Origin: Longimicrobiales bacterium | GTDB lineage: Bacteria; Gemmatimonadota; Gemmatimonadetes; Longimicrobiales; Gaopeijiaceae | DNA length: 64,000 nucleotides | Assembly (NCBI GenBank): GCA_965238005.1 | Contig: OZ250165.1 | Location: 4,224,001 to 4,288,000, forward strand | Direction of reading: 5' to 3' | Shown here: one piece after another, positions 40,599 to 49,447 of the stretch | How the letters are laid out: the number at the start of each line of letters is the position of its first letter | Position numbering within the stretch: the stretch's first letter is position 1 | Notes under the pieces: model-generated | What the model saw: the letters and a program-made list of their open reading frames with translations, nothing else | The model's database searches: none | Told to the model about the DNA's origin: nothing | Program-made: the position numbers and the translations under genes

Positions 40599-41069
40599 CT
40601 AGTCGTGACGATGCTCTGCGTCCTCGGCGTCATGATCGTGATCGGCACCCGGATCCCCTTCGGCCTGATCCCCATCGCCGGACAGGGCCTGACCCTGAAT
40701 GATCTGCTCGACCGTCGCTTCGAAGCCGGTCATCCGCGTCAGCTCACCGAGAAACTCCTCCGGCGAAGTGACGGAGGCGTCGTATACGACCGAGGCCGCA
40801 CCCGATGGGTACGAGACCCTCGCATCCTCGACTCCCTCCACGCGTCGTAGGGCCACACGGGCCGCTGCGGAGCAACCTACTCAGGTCATCCCCGTCACGG
40901 TGAGGTCGGCGGTCACCAGGTTCGGAATGGTGGCGGTCATCTCCTGGGCCGCCATATCCCCCTCACCCTGGCCGGGCATATCCATGTTCCCGTGAGCGTC
41001 GCTCATCAACTGAGACACGACGAGGACGCCCAGGACCGTGAACGCGCCGGCAAGCTCGAGCTTCTTCAT
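40599..41069 (-). CDS. merP: MerP-like periplasmic HMA protein, probable selenoprotein (GMT-U-VGC)
   Basis: ORFs 40881..41069 and 40599..40856 are in one frame; the TGA at 40881-40883 falls in VTGMT*VGC...VEGVEDARVSY...VVYD. Confidence 0.8.
40847..40883 (-). other. Candidate bacterial SECIS element
   Basis: UGA-GUAG-GUUGCUCCGCAGC-GGCC-CGUGU-GGCC-CUAC: stems GUAG/CUAC and GGCC/GGCC, apical loop with GU starting 21 nt after the UGA. Confidence 0.55.
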
Positions 41070-41088
41070 TTCAAGATCTCTCCGTGGG

Positions 41089-41430
41089 TCAGAGTACCCA
41101 GACCGACCACGTCGGATACGTGCCGAATATCACTGCGATCCCAGTCGCCATCCACAGCAGGCTCCTCATCCATTTCCGCGCTTTGGGATCCGCGCACACC
41201 TTGCCGGGCTCACAGGCCATCTGGTCTTCCCGGTAGAGCATGTAGAATCCGGCCCCGAGCATTACGACCGTCGCGATCAGGAAGTAGGGCCTGAGAGGTT
41301 CGAATCTGGCGGAAAGGCCGGCTCCGGATATACCAACGGTTACGGCGAGGAGGGGGCCGGCGCAGCAGAGGGCGGAGGTGAAGGCCGCCCCGACTCCGCC
41401 GACGGCCGTTAAGATCGTCTTGCCTATCAT
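41089..41430 (-). CDS. merT: Mercuric transport protein MerT
   Basis: ALCCAGP in TM1, EPLRPY, loop CEPGKVC, three TM helices. Confidence 0.92.
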   Translation of the reverse strand: MIGKTILTAVGGVGAAFTSALCCAGPLLAVTVGISGAGLSARFEPLRPYFLIATVVMLGAGFYMLYREDQMACEPGKVCADPKARKWMRSLLWMATGIAVIFGTYPTWSVWVL

Positions 41431-41486
41431 CTATCGAGTTCGCTCCTTCGTGTCAGTCAGCCACCGTGCTTGAGAGCATGGGCTAG

Positions 41487-43089
41487 GAGTCTGCGCCGCA
41501 GAAGCACAGCTGACTGAGCCGAATGGTCATCGAGCCGTCCGCGGCGAGGCGGATCCGGGTGATTGGGAGGTTGAGGACTTGTGTCTGCGACGGATCGGGA
41601 GAGCGGAATGGATGCGTTGGGGGGGGGCAAGAGAGCTACGAGAGCCCTCGCGCCGGCAGATGCGGGTGAACCCTCGTGCAGTCATGCCGCCTGAAGGGTG
41701 TGCAGCCGCTTCACATTGAGTGCCAGGCACACGAGGGTCCACTCGGCCCGGACCTTCTCGAGGCCCCGGAAGCTGAATCGTCGAAAGCCCATCACTTCCT
41801 TGATCCAACCGATGGGCGCCTCGGCCTGCGACTTTCGCCGTGCGTAGCGTCTGCGGCCATCTTCGCTCGCCAGCTTCTCCGCCATGCGGACTTTCGCCGG
41901 ATATTCCTCCTTGTCAACCGTGGGGGCGGCCTTGCCCTCCCGGGCCAGCGCCACATACCCGTCGATGTCTCGCTCTTCCAGTTCCTCGAGATCCCGCTCG
42001 TTGCAATAGCCCGTGTCCGCCAGCACCTGCGCCGGCGTCTCGCCGTACGCTTGCGCCACCGCGTCGACCATGGGCACCAGCTGGCCCTGGTCGCTCGCGT
42101 TGTCCGTCACCTCGGCCCCGACCACCAGCTGGTTCTCCCCCTCCACGACCGTCTGTGCGTTGTAGCACTGCTGGAACCCCTCCGAACTCGTCTTCATGAT
42201 CCGGCTCTCAGGGTCCGTGAAGTTGCTCTGCGCCGCCTCGTCCGGCTCTCCGTACTCCCGCTTGTAGGGCCTGCCGCCCTTCGGGTTGCGCGTCTGCCCC
42301 GGCTTGCGGCCCCGTGCGTCGTCCGCCGCTCTCTGCTCGGCTTCCAGGCGCGCCTTCGCCTCCCGGATCGCCGCCAGCCGGTCCTCGCGCCGCTTGAGCT
42401 CCTCCGGCACCTCGTCTCCGCATGCTTCCTCGCCGTAGCGCTCGTCTTCCGCTTCGTCCACCGCCTCGGCCCTCTCCAACAGCCCCCGGATCTCCGCCTC
42501 CAGCCGAGGCTCCCCGGTCACCATCCGGCCGTAGCTCATCGCCTTGCGCTTGTTCGCGTTCGCCCGAACCTTCGTCCCGTCCACCGACACCCTGCCAAGC
42601 CCCGCCAGCCCCAAGGCCCGCGCGAGCATCACCACCTCCACAAACACCGCCCGGAAATCCCCGAGATGGCGCTTGCGGAACTCGCACAGCGTCCGGTGCT
42701 TCGGGAAGTTCTCCGCCGCCAGCATCCGAAACGCGACATCCTCCTCCAGCTTCCTCGCCATCTTCCGCGACGAGAAGGTGCCCGTCGCATACGCGTAGAT
42801 CAGCACCTTGACCATCATCCGAGGGTCGTACGGCGAGTTGCGCCGCCCGTCCCCCCGGTACCGCCCGTAGAACGCGCTCAGCTCCACCGCGTCCACCAGG
42901 TCGCTCACATGGTGCGCCAAATGACCCTCCGACACCCACTCCCGAAGATCCGGAGGCAGCAACAACATCTGCTCCGGATCGTACGGTCGAAATGTCGTTC
43001 CCATTCACCCCCCTCGGTGATCCGCAAGCCTTCCCAATGCCTTCGCTACCACCAAAGATAGCCGCCGCAGGGTTCTGCGGCGCAGACTC
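41487..43089 (-). mobile_element. IS1182-family insertion sequence, 1603 bp
   Basis: Perfect 17-bp terminal inverted repeats GAGTCTGCGCCGCAGAA (41487-41503, 43073-43089); CTAG direct repeats at 41483-41486 and 43090-43093. Confidence 0.92.
41682..43004 (-). CDS. IS1182-family DDE transposase
   Basis: YDPRMMVKVLIYAY, SSRK, DGTKVRANA, TDPESRIM, YNAQ, ADTGY and EAPIGWIK motifs; intact. Confidence 0.93.
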   Translation of the reverse strand: MGTTFRPYDPEQMLLLPPDLREWVSEGHLAHHVSDLVDAVELSAFYGRYRGDGRRNSPYDPRMMVKVLIYAYATGTFSSRKMARKLEEDVAFRMLAAENFPKHRTLCEFRKRHLGDFRAVFVEVVMLARALGLAGLGRVSVDGTKVRANANKRKAMSYGRMVTGEPRLEAEIRGLLERAEAVDEAEDERYGEEACGDEVPEELKRREDRLAAIREAKARLEAEQRAADDARGRKPGQTRNPKGGRPYKREYGEPDEAAQSNFTDPESRIMKTSSEGFQQCYNAQTVVEGENQLVVGAEVTDNASDQGQLVPMVDAVAQAYGETPAQVLADTGYCNERDLEELEERDIDGYVALAREGKAAPTVDKEEYPAKVRMAEKLASEDGRRRYARRKSQAEAPIGWIKEVMGFRRFSFRGLEKVRAEWTLVCLALNVKRLHTLQAA

Positions 43090-43926
43090 CTAGCGAATCC
43101 TCGGATTCGGGTATGCCGGCACATCCACCCAGGCACCAATTCCGAAGACACGGCTGAGCCCAATGACCAATCGCACGTTGGCGGCGCCCGCGTCCCATTC
43201 GTCCAAACGGGTCGTGAGTCCCAGGTCGAAGACGCTCACGTTGCTCACCTGGATACGTGTGCCTAGCTCCGCCCACACACGCGTACGGCCGGAGTCAACG
43301 GGAATCTCGGTGTAGAGATCACCCAAGAGGATCCGGCTCCCGAAGCCCATGGGGATGTCGAAGGCGAGGCCGCCCCTCCAGTAGTCATCGTCGTCCATCC
43401 GAGATGCCACCACGTAGCCGCTGTTGGCGTGAAGCCGGAGTCCGCTGGCGAAGCTCCTGGTGAGGATCAGGTCCGCCCCCCAAGCCCAGTCACCACGGGA
43501 CAGATCGCCGCCCACGGGGATCTCGGCGCCAATCTGCACGGCGAACGCCGGCCATGCCCAACTCTCGTGATTGAAGTTGTAGAGGGCATCCACTTCCACG
43601 GCCTCGACCCCGGTCCGTGCCACTCCCGCTTCGTCCTCCGTGGCCGCCTCCAGACCTGCACCGATCTCCAGGTTCCGAAACAGGCCGGTCTCCAACGCTA
43701 AGAGTCCCCGGAGTGCCTTACGCCCGGCTTCCGTCCAAGCGCCCTGCAGGCCCACCTGGAACTCCCATTCCATGTACTTCTTCGGGTACGCGTCGGTGAC
43801 GTGGAGGGGTCGATCGGGATCGAGCGATCGGAAATCCTCCTGTGCCGTCGCATGGCGGGGCGACACCGCGAGTACTGCGACGACAACGAAGAACGACCAG
43901 GGTCGAACCCTCCGCGGGGGCCTCAT
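43090..43926 (-). CDS. Putative outer-membrane beta-barrel ('transporter'-like) protein
   Basis: Signal ATA|QEDFRSLDPDRPL.VTDAYP; alternating aromatic strands; ATGA overlap with the upstream gene. Confidence 0.65.
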   Translation of the reverse strand: MRPPRRVRPWSFFVVVAVLAVSPRHATAQEDFRSLDPDRPLHVTDAYPKKYMEWEFQVGLQGAWTEAGRKALRGLLALETGLFRNLEIGAGLEAATEDEAGVARTGVEAVEVDALYNFNHESWAWPAFAVQIGAEIPVGGDLSRGDWAWGADLILTRSFASGLRLHANSGYVVASRMDDDDYWRGGLAFDIPMGFGSRILLGDLYTEIPVDSGRTRVWAELGTRIQVSNVSVFDLGLTTRLDEWDAGAANVRLVIGLSRVFGIGAWVDVPAYPNPRIR

Positions 43927-44939
43927 CTCCCGCCCGCCTCCGGCCGCAAGGGCATCATGAGCTGGGTCATGGGCACCATCTGGGAATCGGGATGACCCTG
44001 CGGGAGCCACGACCCGTCCGGGAGCTCAGTGGGGACCTGCATAGCGCTCGGTGCCATGACGTGGTCTCCCCCCATCGGCATCCCTGGCGCTACCACGAAA
44101 TCCTGGGTGGCATAAAGCTGATTCCGGAGCATCCGGTCGATCTCGGCCGCCTTTTGCTCCCGGCTGAGATGCTCGTCCACCATGATGTCGTTCGTGACAT
44201 CGTGCATCATGTGGAGGTTGTCGAAGATATGGGCCGCAGCCGGGAACATCTGCGAGAACCGGGGGGCTACCTCTGCCGTCAAGGGCATGTAGTCGGGCGG
44301 ATTCACGAGCACCGAATCCACGAAGAGCGCGATGACCCGGTCAAGCTCTCGGGCCTGAGCTTCGGGGGTGGGCTCCATGAGCGCTTCGTACACGGCCGCG
44401 TGATGCCAGTGATACGACCACAGGATCCCATTGATGCCGGGATACTTCCGGGGGAAGGTCCCGGCCCACGCTCCTCCGCCCAGCATCCAGCGGTGACCGT
44501 ATCCCCGAGTGGAGTACGCCGCGCCGGGGGTCGCCAAGTAATACGCTATGGCCCGCTCCCCCGCCGCCTGCTTTTCCGTCACGTCGGGGTCGGTGAGGAT
44601 GTCGTAGAGCTGGCTGTGGAGGTGATGGGTCCAGTCCATGCTGCGTCCGGTCGGATAGGCGATCTTCGTCCACTGGGGAGCGATGAGCTCGGCAGGCGGC
44701 TCGAACTTGGGCGGATCGATGACCAACCGTCGAATGCGCGCCTCCAACTCCCCGAACGCCTCCGTTGCGTCCTCACCCTTCGTGAGCGCCACCTCGTAGA
44801 TCCCGAAGTGGGCGACGTGAGCGGCGTAAAACGATCGCGCCGCCCTCGTGTGGGTGTCGTAGAACGCGAAGTTGTAGCTCGCCGGGAGGTAGAACTGGCT
44901 GTTACGGGGGGTCACACCCGTGCAGGATGCCATCGTCAC
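43923..44939 (-). CDS. His/Met-rich hypothetical protein, probable metal-binding lipoprotein
   Basis: HVAH, DWTHHLH.QLYDIL, YHWHH and FDNLHMMHD motifs; lipobox-like MASC; start uncertain. Confidence 0.7.
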   Translation of the reverse strand: MTMASCTGVTPRNSQFYLPASYNFAFYDTHTRAARSFYAAHVAHFGIYEVALTKGEDATEAFGELEARIRRLVIDPPKFEPPAELIAPQWTKIAYPTGRSMDWTHHLHSQLYDILTDPDVTEKQAAGERAIAYYLATPGAAYSTRGYGHRWMLGGGAWAGTFPRKYPGINGILWSYHWHHAAVYEALMEPTPEAQARELDRVIALFVDSVLVNPPDYMPLTAEVAPRFSQMFPAAAHIFDNLHMMHDVTNDIMVDEHLSREQKAAEIDRMLRNQLYATQDFVVAPGMPMGGDHVMAPSAMQVPTELPDGSWLPQGHPDSQMVPMTQLMMPLRPEAGGR

Positions 44940-45014
44940 GGCAAGGATATAGACAGGAGTACCGCAAGATTGTCTCCTCGTTCAGGTTGGGTTCGAGAAA
45001 GTCGCTTCGAACTC

Positions 45015-45380
45015 TCAGCCCAAACGAGGAGGGGGAGTCGCGGTCTCCGCCTCGGGTGGCGCTGTGTCATCGAGGTACGCCACTAGAGCGGTCAAGACGG
45101 ACTCGATCGGCTCATCAGGCCGGTCGACGGTAGCCACGACGGCCGCTCCACAGACCGCCATGGCGCACGTGTCCGCGTGCCTCGGCCCCGACGGGTCCGA
45201 GTGGTCACCATGCTCGGAGGGACCCTCTTCTGCTGCTGGCGGTGTCGTCCAGGGCACCGGGTGTCCCATGCTGGTCTGTGACCGCGGCTCTGCGTGTACC
45301 GAGTGAACCGCACAAACGGCCTGGCTGAGCACTGCTCCAACGTAGAAGACCAGAGCGAGTGATGCGGTGGGCTTGACCAT
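45015..45380 (-). CDS. Small His/Cys-containing leader-type ORF ending ...TPPPRLG (DUF2946-like)
   Basis: Hydrophobic N-terminus, CAVH, HGDH, CAMAVC and a Pro-rich end; first ORF of the operon. Confidence 0.6.
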   Translation of the reverse strand: MVKPTASLALVFYVGAVLSQAVCAVHSVHAEPRSQTSMGHPVPWTTPPAAEEGPSEHGDHSDPSGPRHADTCAMAVCGAAVVATVDRPDEPIESVLTALVAYLDDTAPPEAETATPPPRLG

Positions 45381-45551
45381 CGGTGCGGTATCGAGCTCCA
45401 GGGCGGGTCGATGAATGCCACGGCACGTGCTGAGTTTACGGTTCTGCTACATACCACCATGCGTCGCCAAAGTCTGAGCTGCAAGGCGTCCCGCCTTGAT
45501 CCCACCGCGCCCCGGCCCTCTTGGTGGCTCGCAAACTTCGGAAACGGAACA

Positions 45552-45577
45552 CTAGTCGTGACGATGCTCTGAGTCCT
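45552..45577 (+). repeat. 26-bp direct repeat, second copy at 40599-40624
   Basis: CTAGTCGTGACGATGCTCTG(A/C)GTCCT, 25/26 identical. Confidence 0.75.
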
Positions 45578-45618
45578 GGAACGGAATAGACGCCACGTGC
45601 CGCCATCATCGAGATGAC

Positions 45619-45722
45619 CTCCTCGACGAATGGATCGCGGATTGGCCGACCTGGTCGACTTCGACGTCTACCCGGTGATCTCCTCGAAACAAGCGCAGGA
45701 AAGGATTGAGGACGAGCTCTGA
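45619..45722 (+). pseudogene. C-terminal fragment of a DUF3303-like protein
   Basis: LLDEWIADW / DLVDFDVYPVISSKQAQERIEDEL* with a 1-bp frameshift. Confidence 0.5.
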
Positions 45723-45843
45723 AATCCACGGCAGAAGCGTCGTGGTTGCCACGCCGGGGACGTCTGACCAGCTTCCGTTTCTCACTCCCGCCACCAGTGG
45801 ACCGTCCACCCACCGCTGAACCCGAGCCAGGAGTCCAGAGATC

Positions 45844-47382
45844 GTGCCCACGCGACGCCCTTCCCGCCTCCACCGATCGGTGCCTTTTCGCTTCTATCGA
45901 GCAGCCCTGGTCACCAGCGCCATGGCGGCCGCCGTCCTCGCCTCGGCCGTTCCGGCCTCCGCACAGTTCGAGGCGGCCCGGGCTCGCATCCAGCGCGCTC
46001 TGGTCGAGGGTGGCGTACCGTCGATCGCTGTCGCTGTGGCTCGGGACGGGCGTATCATCTGGGAAGAGGGATTCGGGTGGGCCGATCGGGAGAGCCGGAT
46101 CCCGGCCACCGAACACACCATGTACTCGCTGGCCTCGATCTCGAAGCCGATCACCACTACCGGGCTGATGGTGCTCGTCGAGCGGGGCGAGATCGATCTG
46201 GACCGACCGATCAACGACTACCTCGGCGCCGCGAAGGTGAATGGCCGGGCGTTCGATGTATCCCAGGCCACGGTCCGCCGCGTAGCGAACCACTCGGCGG
46301 GGCTCCCGCTCCACTTCCAGTTCTTCTACCGGGATGAGCCCTACCGACGACCCGCGATGGACGAGACCATCCGCAGGTACGCCAACCTCATCACCGCACC
46401 CGGGGAGCGTTGGTACTACTCCAACCTCGGCTTCGGCATTCTCGACTACCTGCTTGAGCGCGGCTCAGGGAAGAGCTACCCCGACTTCATGAGGGAGGAG
46501 GTGTTCACGCCGCTGGGGCTGACGCGCATGTCGGTCCACATCGGCCCAGGTCACGATGACCACACGGCCACCCGATATGCTCTCGACGACACGCCCATCC
46601 CGTTCTACGACTTCGATCACCCCGGGGGCTCCGCCGTGTTCTCGAGCGCCCACGACCTCGTGCGCTTCGGGATGTTCCACCTGAAGAACCACCTTCCGGA
46701 CCAGAAGCCGATTCTGTCGGACGCAGCCATCGACGAGATGGCCCGGGGATCCGCAGAGACGACCCGGAACGGGTGGTACGGAGTCGGGTGGCAGATCAAC
46801 GAAACGAACAAGGGCGGCCGGACCGTGCATCACGGCGGGGGCATGGACGGCGTCAGCACACGGTTGGTCATGGTTCCGGAGGGGAACGTGGCCATGGCCA
46901 TCCTGAGCAACGCGGCCAATCCGTGGATCGGCCGGATCGAGCGAGACATCCTGCACGAGCTGTTCCCTGAGTGGTTCGATGCACCCGAGGAGCCGTCGGC
47001 CCCGACACCCGAAGAGCCGACGACCAGCCCGGACTTCAACCCCATGCCCGACCTGACGGGAGACTGGGTCGGATCGGTGGACACCTACGAGGGAGAGCGG
47101 AAGCTCGTGTTGAGCGTGCACGCCAACGGAGCGATGTACGCTCGCCTCGATGATCAGCCCTGGGCGCTCGTGAACGGGATCCGCTTCGAGGACGGCGCCC
47201 TGCAGGGATCGTTCGCGGGTGACATCGGCACCGAGGACGTGAATCGCATGCCGTACGATCTGCTGCTCGACCTGAAGCACCGAGGGAACGTCCTCAACGG
47301 TGGGCTGGTCGGTCGGTCACGGATGACGCCCAAGCGGAGCGGACACGGGTTGACCCACTGGGTGGAGCTCCGGCGGCGGTAG
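45844..47382 (+). CDS. Secreted serine hydrolase, beta-lactamase family
   Basis: LASISKP (SxxK), YYSN and HHGGG motifs; signal peptide. Confidence 0.9.
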   Translation: MPTRRPSRLHRSVPFRFYRAALVTSAMAAAVLASAVPASAQFEAARARIQRALVEGGVPSIAVAVARDGRIIWEEGFGWADRESRIPATEHTMYSLASISKPITTTGLMVLVERGEIDLDRPINDYLGAAKVNGRAFDVSQATVRRVANHSAGLPLHFQFFYRDEPYRRPAMDETIRRYANLITAPGERWYYSNLGFGILDYLLERGSGKSYPDFMREEVFTPLGLTRMSVHIGPGHDDHTATRYALDDTPIPFYDFDHPGGSAVFSSAHDLVRFGMFHLKNHLPDQKPILSDAAIDEMARGSAETTRNGWYGVGWQINETNKGGRTVHHGGGMDGVSTRLVMVPEGNVAMAILSNAANPWIGRIERDILHELFPEWFDAPEEPSAPTPEEPTTSPDFNPMPDLTGDWVGSVDTYEGERKLVLSVHANGAMYARLDDQPWALVNGIRFEDGALQGSFAGDIGTEDVNRMPYDLLLDLKHRGNVLNGGLVGRSRMTPKRSGHGLTHWVELRRR

Positions 47383-47737
47383 CCACCGGGAGAACGGTCA
47401 ACAAAAGACGCGGTACCGCGCGCTTAGTATGCCTTCCTGAAGATAAGCCGTATCTCCTCGGCCTGAGGCCACCGGCTCAAGCGATCAGTGTGGTCCTACT
47501 CGACGGCATTAGGCCTGCCTACCGCGAAATGCCAAGACTGCGTACCGCATCACGGTCCTCCCGAACCGGTTGGAGTCGATGGTGGAGATCCAGCGAGCGC
47601 GGAGAGAGAGCTTCCAGGAGTTCACCGAAGCCTCTTCGTACGTCCGGAGCCCTCGCCGATTTCGGTCGGTGAGGGCTCCGGGCTCTCCCCGTCTCGGGCT
47701 CTCGCTGTCGCGGCGCGGGAGGAGGCCACCGTGGGCG

Positions 47738-48112
47738 TCAGGCGTCCAGTGGCTCCACTTCGATGCTCACCCTCCGTGCATCGAACGCCATGCGGCCGGC
47801 GATGTGCCTGGAGTACTCGATGGGCTCGACGTACGCCCACACGAGATCCTCCTCGGCCCCGGCATCGCCCGAGTACGTCCAGTACGACGCATCCCCCTTG
47901 ATGGGGCAGTGCGTTCGGGTCTCGGTCGGCCTGAGCTTGTCCACGGCTACGTCTTCCTGCGGGAAGTAATAGACGGGATCGAGAATCTTGCCGTGTGCGG
48001 ACTCCTTGAGGACGATCGCGCGCTCCGAGCGAGCGACGATCTCGTCGCCCACCCGGACCGTCACGCTCGCCTGCGGTCGTCCCAACTGGTGGAAATGGTC
48101 AGAGTCACTCAT
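47738..48112 (-). CDS. DUF427 domain protein
   Basis: YYFPQEDV, THCPIKGDASYW, WAY..P and IAGRMAF motifs. Confidence 0.88.
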   Translation of the reverse strand: MSDSDHFHQLGRPQASVTVRVGDEIVARSERAIVLKESAHGKILDPVYYFPQEDVAVDKLRPTETRTHCPIKGDASYWTYSGDAGAEEDLVWAYVEPIEYSRHIAGRMAFDARRVSIEVEPLDA

Positions 48113-48116
48113 GGGA

Positions 48117-48617
48117 TTACTCCTTTGCCTGGGCCGCGGCCGTTGGCCGTGGCTTCCGGCTCACGACCTCGCCGGTCTGGAGGTGCGTTTCGAGGCCCTC
48201 GAGGACACGCCCGAGGATCTTGCTGAATTGGCCGACCATGACGGCCTTCCCCATGAGCCATCCAAGGGGACCGAACTTGGGCTTGAAGGACATATCGAAG
48301 CCCACACGACTCCGGGTCTCGTCCAGCGGCTCGACGCTGAGACGCGCGACGGCCCGCTTGAGCGGGAACTTTCCCGGATCGACGATCTCCACTTCGTACC
48401 CACGGTCGGGCTCGTAGGCCGTGATCTTCTCACGGATCGAGTCGCCGTTGTCGAAGTGGCACACCCTCTCGGCGCCGAGGCCGGAGCCGATTCCGTTGGT
48501 GATGGGTGACGTCTCCACCAGCGGATGGTAGCGTGACACGCTACCGAAGTCGTCGAGGATTGCCCACACGGCATCGGCCGGCCGGTCGATCACTCGATCT
48601 ACGTGTACGTGATGCAT
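48117..48617 (-). CDS. SRPBCC (polyketide cyclase-like) protein
   Basis: PADAVWAILDDF, GLGAERVC and REKIT motifs. Confidence 0.85.
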   Translation of the reverse strand: MHHVHVDRVIDRPADAVWAILDDFGSVSRYHPLVETSPITNGIGSGLGAERVCHFDNGDSIREKITAYEPDRGYEVEIVDPGKFPLKRAVARLSVEPLDETRSRVGFDMSFKPKFGPLGWLMGKAVMVGQFSKILGRVLEGLETHLQTGEVVSRKPRPTAAAQAKE

Positions 48618-48636
48618 GGCTTATCTCCTCTTGGGA

Positions 48637-49389
48637 TTAGATTTGAGTCATTCCGCCGTCGACGACGAGCTCGTGACCGAGCACGAACGACGACTCGGGG
48701 CTGGAGAGGAAGAGCACAGCGTTGGCAACCTCATCGGCGGCTCCGAAGCGCTTCAGCGGAACCTGCTCGGTGAAAGCCGCAGCCATCTCCTTTTGTGCCT
48801 CCGGGGGGAGACCCAGACGTTCGTAGATGGGCGTCTCGATGGGGCCGGGGCTCACGGCGTTCACGCGAATCCCGCGCTCGACGAGCTCGGCCGAAAAGGT
48901 CCTGGCCAGTGATCGGAGCGCGGCCTTGCTCGCAGCGTACACGCTCATGGTCGGGTTACCGAGCTGGTTCGCGATCGAGGTGTTGAGCACGATCGTGCCT
49001 CCGTCGTTCATGAGGGGCAGTGCCTTTTGCACGGTGAAGTAGGCTCCCTTCACGTTCACGGCGAAGAGTTGGTCGAAGTGCTCCTCGTCCACCGCTTCGA
49101 GCGGCCGCATTTGGGCCACACCCGCGTTCACGAACAGGAGGTCGATCGAGCCGAGCTCGCGCTCGACGGTCTCGTAGAGACGGTCGATGTCCTGAAGGTT
49201 CTGCACGTCGCCGGCGACGCCGATGGCCGCGTCGCCCAACTCGGCGACGGCAGCTTCGAGGGTCGTCGGGTCTCTGCCCAGGATCGCCACCTTCGCTCCC
49301 TCGCTCACGAAGCGCCGAGCCGACGCGAGGCCGATCCCGCTGTTGCCACCCGTGATCACAGCCACTTTTCCTGCCAGTCTTCTACTCAT
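48637..49389 (-). CDS. SDR family oxidoreductase
   Basis: TGGNSGIG, NAG, YAASK and VNAVSPG motifs. Confidence 0.95.
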   Translation of the reverse strand: MSRRLAGKVAVITGGNSGIGLASARRFVSEGAKVAILGRDPTTLEAAVAELGDAAIGVAGDVQNLQDIDRLYETVERELGSIDLLFVNAGVAQMRPLEAVDEEHFDQLFAVNVKGAYFTVQKALPLMNDGGTIVLNTSIANQLGNPTMSVYAASKAALRSLARTFSAELVERGIRVNAVSPGPIETPIYERLGLPPEAQKEMAAAFTEQVPLKRFGAADEVANAVLFLSSPESSFVLGHELVVDGGMTQI

Positions 49390-49406
49390 TGTCTTGTCAT
49401 CCTTTA

Positions 49407-49422
49407 TGGAAAGATCGATCTA
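49407..49422. promoter_or_regulatory. Probable TetR operator upstream of the SDR gene
   Basis: TGGAAAGATCGATCTA imperfect palindrome resembling 50048-50063. Confidence 0.55.
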
Positions 49423-49447
49423 CAATAGATCAAATAAAACAAACATC

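Noticed and set aside
41676..43061. 461-aa plus-strand ORF, and other long antisense ORFs such as 52438..54489 and 4164..5294
   Set aside because: Shadow frames of real genes in high-GC DNA, with no recognisable motifs.
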